From assembly GCF_018398935.1 (NCBI RefSeq), contig NZ_CP074694.1:570001-602000 (forward strand): a DNA stretch of 32,000 nt. Reading direction: 5' to 3'. Each line of letters begins with the position of its first letter. Position 1 is the stretch's first letter. Of this stretch, positions 1-6,953 are shown one piece after another. A program made the position numbers and the translations under genes. The notes below the pieces were generated by a model. The model did no database searches and was not told where the DNA came from. It saw only the letters and a program-made list of their open reading frames with translations. This stretch comes from Telmatocola sphagniphila. GTDB taxonomy: Bacteria > Planctomycetota > Planctomycetia > Gemmatales > Gemmataceae.

Positions 1-671
1 ACTATGGATTCCGGATGCAAAATCATATCGATCTGCTCGGCCTTCAGATCGAATAGCCATTTGGCTTCGATCATTTCAAGAGCCTTGTTCATGAGAGTGG
101 CCGAGTCGATCGTGATCTTTCGTCCCATTCTCCAGGTCGGATGATTCAGAGCGTCTTCCACGCTCACCGAGGATAACTCATTTCGGTGTCTGCCTCGAAA
201 CGGCCCGCCACTGGCAGTCAGAACCACCCTTTCGATATCCCTGGTGCGATTTCCCTGGATCGCCTGAAAGATCGCACTATGTTCGCTGTCGATCGGCAGG
301 AGCTTTGCACCGCTCTTTTGAAGGGTTCGAACGGCCAGATCTCCGGCCACGACTAATGATTCCTTATTGGCCAGGGCGACGGTCTTTCCCGCTTCCAGGG
401 CCGCCAGGGTACTTCTGAGCCCCGCCGAGCCGACTATGGCGTTTACTACTAGATCGACTTCCGGCCGCTGCAGGCGATCAACTAGGCCCTCTAGCTGGTC
501 TCCGGTGCCGTGCCAGGCCGGTTGCCAACGCTCGACCTGTTGCTGGAGGAGTTCCCGGTTACGGTGCCCGGTCAGTCCGATTACTCGAAATTGATCCGGG
601 AACGCGGCCAGCACATCCAGGGTATTCACCCCGATTGAGCCGGTGGAGCCGAGAATAACGATGCCCTTCAT
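1..671 (-). CDS. dxr: 1-deoxy-D-xylulose 5-phosphate reductoisomerase (partial; C-terminus lies beyond the window start)
   Basis: The gene is absent from the ORF track because it runs off the window edge. Minus-strand translation from the ATG at 671-669 reads MKGIVILGSTGSIGVNTLDVL...ALANKESLVVAGD...IDSEHSAIFQ...LTASGGPFR...NHPTWRMGRKITIDSATLMNKALE. These are the hallmark Dxr motifs: the GSTGSIG NADPH loop, DSEHSAIFQ and HP.W.MG.KI..DSAT. Confidence 0.9.
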   Translation of the reverse strand, partial: MKGIVILGSTGSIGVNTLDVLAAFPDQFRVIGLTGHRNRELLQQQVERWQPAWHGTGDQLEGLVDRLQRPEVDLVVNAIVGSAGLRSTLAALEAGKTVALANKESLVVAGDLAVRTLQKSGAKLLPIDSEHSAIFQAIQGNRTRDIERVVLTASGGPFRGRHRNELSSVSVEDALNHPTWRMGRKITIDSATLMNKALEMIEAKWLFDLKAEQIDMILHPESI

Positions 672-744
672 AATGGCAATTCGCTCATAACAATAAGAAC
701 TTGAGATATTTATAGTGCGAGAGAACGCGATAGAGAGGCTCAAT

Positions 745-767
745 AAAAAAAGCCCGCCGAAGCGGGC
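745..767 (-). terminator. Rho-independent terminator downstream of the kinase-like gene 788-2413
   Basis: On the minus strand the sequence is GCCCGC-TTCG-GCGGGC, a 6-bp GC stem with a UUCG tetraloop. It is followed directly by TTTTTTT and lies 21 nt after the stop codon at 788. Confidence 0.75.
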
Positions 768-787
768 TCATTATTTGTCTGGGTTAA

Positions 788-2413
788 TCAGGTCTTTGGT
801 AGGAAGTTTTTGCCCATGTAAAGAACTAGCAGTGCAACCGCTGCTGCAATGCCCAACACTAACAAAACTCCCAGAATGCTGAATTTCCTCGGCTCTTCTG
901 GTACCCAACCCGGGGTGGTGTTGTAATGCGAATCTCGTGCCGAGGGTGGACGGCTGGTGTTGAAACTCGAACCGGGATGGAATCCGGCGTTAGAACCGGT
1001 GTTGACCGCCGGTAAACCAGCGTTGCTGCCATATCCGACGGGGTTCGCTACCGGGGCCGGCGTGGGAGCCCGCATTCCGGAAGGCGGCGGGTTCGGCGTC
1101 CGCATATCGGGGGAAGTCGCACCCCAGCTTTGCTTGGCCCCCGGATTGTGCGGAGAGGCCGGACTGGCGGTTGGAATCGCCGTTCCCATGTGACTCTTGG
1201 GCCCACTGGTGGCGACTTCCGGGATGCTCGGCATGGAAGACCGGGAGTTTCGGGAATCGTACTGCGCACGCGGGGCGTTATAGCTGTTCGAACGACGCGG
1301 CAGAGCCGTTTCGTTGGCGAAGGGCTGAAGGCTCTCCACGATTTCATCCGCATCGCCGAATCGCGATTCGGGTGCCTTTTGCATCAGCTTTTCGACTACG
1401 TCCACCACAGGTTGCGGGACGGTGTTATCGATGGTGTGGATGGAAGGTGGCTGTTTGAATTGATGAGCCATCATCTTCTCAACCGCGGTACCATCCGGGA
1501 ACGGATACTGGCCCGCCAAGCAATAGTACAGTACACAACCGAGGCTGTACTGGTCGCCCGCCGGCGTCCGGTTGGTCGGTTCCATGATGCTTTCCGGGCT
1601 GCAGCAATCCAAGCCGCTGGTCAGGGTGTTGGCGGTCGACATGGTGTCGACAAGCGATTCCCCTTCATTTTCCACCAGCAACGAACCGATGCCGAAGTCC
1701 AGAACGCGGGCCTGACCATCTCGGCCAATCATAATATTCGAAGGTTTCAGCAAGCCGTGGAAGATGCCGTTCTGATGGCAGACGGCAAGACCCTGAGCCA
1801 CCTGGAGGCCTACCTGGGCGGCCTGTCCTGGCGTCAGTTTGCCTTCGCGGGCAATCTTCGCTTCCAGAGTTTCCCCTTCAACCAGGGGCCAGGCCAAATA
1901 ATGCTGGCCACCGGAAGTTCCCACATCGACGAAAGGAACGACTGCCGGGTGATTGACCTGACTGAAGGCTCGGACCTGTCGTCGAGCCAGACGCACGTTC
2001 CACATGCTCCGCCGGGGAAGGACCTTGATCGCGTAGAGCTGATTATCGCTCTTGGAGGACGCCTTGTAGACCTGGCCCATGCTCCCTTGGCCAATGGCAT
2101 CGATCAGGACGTAGGGCCCCAGAACCAATCCTTGGGATTTGCCGGAAAGAATTCTCTCCGACTGAAAAGCCGTCAGGACTTGCTGCTGAATCAGGAAGTC
2201 TGCCAGTGCGGGTGGCTCAGCGCGTGGATTTCGGCGTAGGAAATCCCCCACAATTTGATCCAGCTGACCTCGATCAATCAGGCCGCTCCGGCGTAGGTCC
2301 CATACGAACCATTCGCAAGCGCCTAAATCACTCGTTACCATGTAAGAACCACCCTTAGGGAATGGGATGAAGTCCCCAAAGTGCATCCATGCTCGGATCG
2401 GGGCTTGAGTCAA
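788..2413 (-). CDS. Hanks-type Ser/Thr protein kinase-like protein, a predicted pseudokinase, with a low-complexity P/S/G/N-rich region and a C-terminal TM anchor
   Basis: The 541-aa ORF carries a G-loop (GQGSMGQVYKA), YAIKVL, DFG (VLDFGIG) and SPE. The catalytic loop reads FHGLLKPSN instead of HRDLKPxN. The C-terminus has a hydrophobic helix, FSILGVLLVLGIAAAVALLVLYM. The codon at 2413 is TTG, and an in-frame ATG at 2386 is an alternative start. Confidence 0.85.
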   Translation of the reverse strand: MTQAPIRAWMHFGDFIPFPKGGSYMVTSDLGACEWFVWDLRRSGLIDRGQLDQIVGDFLRRNPRAEPPALADFLIQQQVLTAFQSERILSGKSQGLVLGPYVLIDAIGQGSMGQVYKASSKSDNQLYAIKVLPRRSMWNVRLARRQVRAFSQVNHPAVVPFVDVGTSGGQHYLAWPLVEGETLEAKIAREGKLTPGQAAQVGLQVAQGLAVCHQNGIFHGLLKPSNIMIGRDGQARVLDFGIGSLLVENEGESLVDTMSTANTLTSGLDCCSPESIMEPTNRTPAGDQYSLGCVLYYCLAGQYPFPDGTAVEKMMAHQFKQPPSIHTIDNTVPQPVVDVVEKLMQKAPESRFGDADEIVESLQPFANETALPRRSNSYNAPRAQYDSRNSRSSMPSIPEVATSGPKSHMGTAIPTASPASPHNPGAKQSWGATSPDMRTPNPPPSGMRAPTPAPVANPVGYGSNAGLPAVNTGSNAGFHPGSSFNTSRPPSARDSHYNTTPGWVPEEPRKFSILGVLLVLGIAAAVALLVLYMGKNFLPKT

Positions 2414-2636
2414 TTATCTATAAGTAAACTGCAATTGTGACAGAATTATGCCACGACCGTTACTTTCAGCTTAATTTCCGTTTTCAGCATGTCAACCATG
2501 TTGTTGGTGGTTTTCCTACTGATCCGTTTCCGTAATTTGTAGGGATTGCACGATTGCGTCGGCTGGGTAAGAAGTTTCGATTAGGGGAATTACTCCCAGA
2601 TTTCCTAGCAAGACTGGTCGTAACAGGATTAACAAC

Positions 2637-4730
2637 ATGAAGTTCGAACCGTACATGCTCTGCCCGTGCGGCAGCGGAAAAGGCCTCAAATGGTGCTGCG
2701 GAGATACATATCCTCAATTTTTCAAAGCCATTGGAATGATCGAATCTGGTCAGCCAGAGTCGGGAATTCGCCTAGTTGAGGAGCTCTTGAAGAAGCACCC
2801 CAACGATCCTCGAGTAAAAATTTATGCGGCCCGGGCTTATTATTACGTTCAGAACTTAATTCGCAGTGAAGAGTTGACGGTCGATGCCCTGAAAATCGCT
2901 CCTAAACTTCCCAGCGCTCTCCTCATGAAGGCGATGATGCTGTCGCGCCAGCAGAAACTGGCGGAAGCGATCGAAGTCCTTCACGAAGCGGCGGACTACT
3001 TTCCGGAAAAACAAAGCGACTCTCTTAAGATCGTTTGGGGGATGATTGCCGATTTCGAATATCATCGCGCCAATTTTCCGGCGGCCAAGCTCGCCTTCAT
3101 AAAGCAACTGGAGCATGACCCTCTGGATGAAAAACGGAAGGAAACTTTCGAAGCTTATTTCGTCAATGAAGAGGGCGTGCCTCAGTTCGTGCTGGCCGAC
3201 TATTCCTACCAGCCGGGCACCATTGCACCCCCATCGACCAATAAATTGCTTTCCGCGGAGAATCTGTTTGCGAAACATCTCGAACAGAATCCGAACGATC
3301 AGGCCGCAAGATTCAATCTGGCTTTGACGCGACTCTGGCTGGGGAAATGCGCCGAGGCGATCCGGGAATTTGAAATTTATCAGGATCTCGAGTCCGATCC
3401 GGTTCGCGCCGCGGAGGCCGGTTGCTTGCGAGAAGTCGCCTCGGAAGTATTTGGGTTTGAAGACTACTGCGATCACTTAAGCTACATCTACCATTACCAG
3501 ATAGTGGATGGCGAGAAACTCGGACAAACGGTTCAGAAACTGCTGGCCGAGAACCGGCTGGGAGTAGTGGGCCGTTCGGAGGAATCCGGAGCTGTTGCCC
3601 TGACTTATTTCCGACCCGAAACCATCATCGATCCTGCCCACCCTCCCAAATCGCGTCTGCCTTTCTGCAATATTCATCTGGTTCCGGGGCAGGTAATCCT
3701 CGAGCATATGAATCGCGAGAACGTCGAAACGACAAAAAAAGAACTGGATGCGATACTCGGCTTTTCAGTTGAGAAGCCTGAATTCGAACAGCGATTCGAT
3801 CGATGGCAGAATACGTTCAATCAACTAATTCCCGTCACCAATGAAAATCTTCCGCCGTCGGAATTTGTCATCCTCGTCCGGGACAGTCTCATCAAGTATC
3901 TGGAAGAGCAATGGTATCATAAGCCGCTGAAATCCCTGGGCGGTCTGTCGCCGGAGCAGGCGCAACAAGATCCCAAAAAGAAGAATCGGCTGGAAGGATT
4001 GGTGCAATATCTCGAGTATGTGGCGATCGTGACTTTTTTCAACACCAATCGACTGATTCGGGACGTGGCTTTGGAGCGCCTGCCGTACGATTTCAATCGA
4101 CTCCGACGAAAATTGGGCATTACCCACAAACAGATCATCGCTTCGGGCGATCAAGCCACCGAGATTGAGACTCTCGATTTAGGCGCCGTGACAGAACTGG
4201 CTAAATCAGAGACCGTTCCTTCCCGGTTGGTAAAACTGTTCGACAGCGCCATCCGCTTTCAGGATTTTGATCTCGCGGGCCGTCTGGGAGAAAAGATTAT
4301 CGCACTCCCTCCCGAGCAGGAACCCCGAGACCGCTCGAATTATTACATCTCGATAATGAACGCTGCCTTCCGGCAGCAGAAGTTTGAAGAGGCCGTTCGC
4401 TGGGCCGAGGAAGGTCAAAAGCATGTGGCGATTGTGGCCGATCCATCCACTCAAATAGATTTCATGACGCGAAAGCTGAAATGCCAGCTGATGATGAAGA
4501 AAAAAGAGGGCATCGACGAGGAGATGCAATCTTACGATGCCGAATGGCCGCAGCACCTCGAACTGCTGGCGGGTGTTACGGAGACTCTGTTATCGAACGG
4601 AGCCCCCGATTTGGCATTGAAATACGCCGAGTATGGGACTCGTCTCGCCCAGAAGGCTTTGAAGCGGAGTCTGGAGAACGGCTTCCAGGAGATGGCGGCT
4701 GAGGCTCGTAAACAATTGGCCAAGAGCTAG
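2637..4730 (+). CDS. SEC-C motif / TPR-like repeat protein
   Basis: The 697-aa ORF starts at an ATG. Its N-terminus reads CPCGSGKGLKWCCG, the SecA C-terminal-type zinc-binding SEC-C motif. The rest is helical-repeat-rich and TPR-like (for example AARFNLALTRLWLGKCAEAIREFE). Confidence 0.7.
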   Translation: MKFEPYMLCPCGSGKGLKWCCGDTYPQFFKAIGMIESGQPESGIRLVEELLKKHPNDPRVKIYAARAYYYVQNLIRSEELTVDALKIAPKLPSALLMKAMMLSRQQKLAEAIEVLHEAADYFPEKQSDSLKIVWGMIADFEYHRANFPAAKLAFIKQLEHDPLDEKRKETFEAYFVNEEGVPQFVLADYSYQPGTIAPPSTNKLLSAENLFAKHLEQNPNDQAARFNLALTRLWLGKCAEAIREFEIYQDLESDPVRAAEAGCLREVASEVFGFEDYCDHLSYIYHYQIVDGEKLGQTVQKLLAENRLGVVGRSEESGAVALTYFRPETIIDPAHPPKSRLPFCNIHLVPGQVILEHMNRENVETTKKELDAILGFSVEKPEFEQRFDRWQNTFNQLIPVTNENLPPSEFVILVRDSLIKYLEEQWYHKPLKSLGGLSPEQAQQDPKKKNRLEGLVQYLEYVAIVTFFNTNRLIRDVALERLPYDFNRLRRKLGITHKQIIASGDQATEIETLDLGAVTELAKSETVPSRLVKLFDSAIRFQDFDLAGRLGEKIIALPPEQEPRDRSNYYISIMNAAFRQQKFEEAVRWAEEGQKHVAIVADPSTQIDFMTRKLKCQLMMKKKEGIDEEMQSYDAEWPQHLELLAGVTETLLSNGAPDLALKYAEYGTRLAQKALKRSLENGFQEMAAEARKQLAKS

Positions 4731-5041
4731 AATTCCAGTTCTTCTTGCCAGGCCAGCGGCACCACGAAAATCTTGCCATCCCCGATTCGCCCTGTTCGGG
4801 CGATCTCTTGGATTTTGGATAGCGTCTCGGGATTCAATTCCCGATTCGCCCAAAGCGAGATTTCCACTTTGGGTAAGAACGCCAGACTATATTCGCTGCC
4901 GACGTAGCGTTCCAGATACCCTTTTTGTCGGCTATAGCCTTTCGCTTCGTGAACGATCCAGGAATCGATACCTAAGTCCACCAGAGCTTCCAGAACTGCC
5001 TGAGCCACGAAAGGCCGGACGATCATTGTGAATTGTCGCAT
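4727..5041 (-). CDS. P-II family nitrogen-regulatory protein
   Basis: The sequence MRQFTMIVRPF...HEAKGYSRQKGYLERYVGSEYSLAFLPKVEISL...ARTGRIGDGKIFVVPL matches the P-II T-loop (G.GRQKG...Y.G.EY) and the C-terminal TG.IGDGKIFV signature. The track start at 5053 is a TTG. The ATG at 5041 gives the canonical N-terminus and lies 2 nt after the upstream SDR stop. Confidence 0.85.
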   Translation of the reverse strand: MRQFTMIVRPFVAQAVLEALVDLGIDSWIVHEAKGYSRQKGYLERYVGSEYSLAFLPKVEISLWANRELNPETLSKIQEIARTGRIGDGKIFVVPLAWQEELEF

Positions 5042-5043
5042 GA

Positions 5044-5802
5044 CTAAAACCAACCCCCGGTTATCGGCAGGACCTGACCGGTAATGTACTCCGTCTCTTC
5101 ACTGGCCAGGAACAGCACGGCATTGGCCACATCTTGAGGCAGCCCCAATCGACCCATCGGAATTTGCTTCTCGTATTCGGCCCGGACCTCGGGTTTGATG
5201 CTTTCGATCATGGAGGTTTGGATGACGCCGGGGGCGACGGCATTCACGGTAATTTTCCGACGGGCCAGTTCCTTGGCTAATACCTTTGTCAAAGCGATGA
5301 CGCCGGCTTTTGCGGCGGCGTAGTTCGATTGACCGTGAAAGGGAAACAAACCGGCAATCGAGGCAATATTCACAATTCGGCCATGATCGCGCAGAATGGT
5401 GTTGGCCGTTTTGCAGCAATGAAACACGCCATTCAAATTGGTGTCGAGGACGAATTGCCAGTCGTCGAGAGTAAGATTCTTCAGAGTTTTGTCTCGAAGC
5501 ACCCCGGCGTTATTCACCAGAATATCCAGTCCCCCATCCTTCTGCTGAATTTCGGTCATGATGGCTTGCATGTCCTCGGGCTTTCGAACGTCCCCCGACA
5601 CGACTCGTACCGTACAACCGGCCGAATGGAGACGGTTAGCCAGAACTTCCGCATCCCGGAAGTTCGCGCCTTCCGGGTCATTCCAGTAGTGCAACCAGAC
5701 GTGAGCACCGGCCTGCGCGAAGGCTTCCAGAATGCAAGCCCCCATGCCGCGCGAGCTCCCGGTTATCAGCACGTTTTTAGATTTGAAGTTGTAGTTGATC
5801 AC
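5044..5802 (-). CDS. Short-chain dehydrogenase/reductase, FabG-like 3-oxoacyl reductase family
   Basis: The 252-aa ORF has the TGSSRGMG cofactor loop, NNAG, a catalytic S...YAAAK, NAVAPGVIQT and a C-terminal YITGQVLPITGG. These are classical SDR motifs. Confidence 0.85.
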   Translation of the reverse strand: MINYNFKSKNVLITGSSRGMGACILEAFAQAGAHVWLHYWNDPEGANFRDAEVLANRLHSAGCTVRVVSGDVRKPEDMQAIMTEIQQKDGGLDILVNNAGVLRDKTLKNLTLDDWQFVLDTNLNGVFHCCKTANTILRDHGRIVNIASIAGLFPFHGQSNYAAAKAGVIALTKVLAKELARRKITVNAVAPGVIQTSMIESIKPEVRAEYEKQIPMGRLGLPQDVANAVLFLASEETEYITGQVLPITGGWF

Positions 5803-5823
5803 TTATTGCTCCTAAAATAGGAG

Positions 5824-5849
5824 AATGTTCGGAAGATTCGAAGAACATT
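5824..5849. promoter_or_regulatory. Inverted repeat (candidate operator) in the divergent SDR / phosphoesterase intergenic region
   Basis: The repeat is AATGTTC-(12 nt)-GAACATT, with perfect 7-bp arms. It sits between the divergent starts at 5802 and 5916. There is no other support. Confidence 0.2.
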
Positions 5850-5915
5850 TTATGAGTTTGCCAACTACGCCTTGCAATCCCGATCAGATCTTGGCAAGAA
5901 TCCCCTTATGCAAGG

Positions 5916-6932
5916 ATGCAACTGATGAGTGATGTCTCGACTCCTTGCAGTCTTGAAACTCAACCTGCAAGAACGCGGATCATGCAAGGACACAACTACA
6001 TACGGATTGCTCATTTCAGCGATATCCATGTCCAGTGCGATGTGAAGTGGAACCTGCGGGACTACTTCTCGAAGCACACCACGGGATGGTTCAATTACAA
6101 AATTCTGGGTCGCGGCTCCCGATTCAGGCGTAATGACGAAATTCTCGCAGCCTTACGCCGTGAGCTGGAAACGAATGCTTTCGATCAGGTCGTGATGACC
6201 GGTGACGTTTCTTCTTTCGGTCTGCGGGAAGAATTCGCGGCTGCCGCCGAGAATCTGCCATTGCAACTACCCGGCGTGATCACTCCGGGAAATCACGATT
6301 ATTACACCAAAGCATCCCGGGTGGGAGGCAATTTTGAGAAGACTTTCCGCAACTGGCAGGAAGGGGAACGCATTGAAGCCGCTCTCTATCCATTTGCTAA
6401 GAAAGTTGGAGATTTCTGGATAGTCGCTGTCTGTTCCGCGACCGAAAACCGGGGCTTCTGGGACGCTCGCGGCCGTGTGGGCGATGAACAACTGGCCAGG
6501 TTCGATAAATTGTGCGAACGCTTGGAAGGGCCGAAAATTCTGGCAACGCACTATCCCATGCTTCTTCGCAAGGGGCAACCCGAGCATCCCGGCCGGCAGT
6601 TGCGGGATGCCGACAAGCTGGCGAAACTCGTCAAAAAGCACAAATTTCTGGCCTGGTTGCACGGGCACCGGCACCGCAGCTTTTGGTACACACCCACGCC
6701 CAAACATCCTTATGCGATGATCTGTAGTGGTAGCGTCACCCATAAAAAGCGGTGGATGTATCTCGACATTCTGGTGAGCCCGCATTCGATCGAGCTGAAC
6801 CGTCGCATGTATTCTCCCAAAACGCAATCTTTCTACACGATCGATGTCATCACCATTCCGCTGCACGCAAATTTGAACGAATCGGAGTGTAATACGGAAG
6901 GGAGTTTGTTATCATCTTCGGCGACGGTCTAA
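5916..6932 (+). CDS. Metallophosphoesterase (calcineurin-like phosphoesterase family)
   Basis: The five metallophosphoesterase motifs occur in order: IAHFSDIHV, MTGDVSSFG, GNHDYY, ATHYP and LHGHRH. The ATG at 5982 (MQGHNYIRIAHFSDIH) is a plausible alternative start. Confidence 0.8.
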   Translation: MQLMSDVSTPCSLETQPARTRIMQGHNYIRIAHFSDIHVQCDVKWNLRDYFSKHTTGWFNYKILGRGSRFRRNDEILAALRRELETNAFDQVVMTGDVSSFGLREEFAAAAENLPLQLPGVITPGNHDYYTKASRVGGNFEKTFRNWQEGERIEAALYPFAKKVGDFWIVAVCSATENRGFWDARGRVGDEQLARFDKLCERLEGPKILATHYPMLLRKGQPEHPGRQLRDADKLAKLVKKHKFLAWLHGHRHRSFWYTPTPKHPYAMICSGSVTHKKRWMYLDILVSPHSIELNRRMYSPKTQSFYTIDVITIPLHANLNESECNTEGSLLSSSATV

Positions 6933-6953
6933 TTTCTCTCCGAGGATTCGCTG

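Noticed and set aside
1130-2239. A 369-aa plus-strand ORF, with smaller ones at 957-1193 and 1171-1458.
   Set aside because: It is antisense to the kinase-like gene, which has ordered Hanks motifs. Its product is Arg/Gly-rich with no recognisable motif. This is a typical shadow ORF.
2484-2717. A 77-aa minus-strand ORF in the 2414-2636 intergenic region.
   Set aside because: It overlaps the start of the SEC-C/TPR gene on the opposite strand, and it has no motif or ribosome-binding site.
5329-5820. A 163-aa plus-strand ORF.
   Set aside because: It is antisense to the SDR gene, which has complete classical SDR motifs. This is a shadow ORF.
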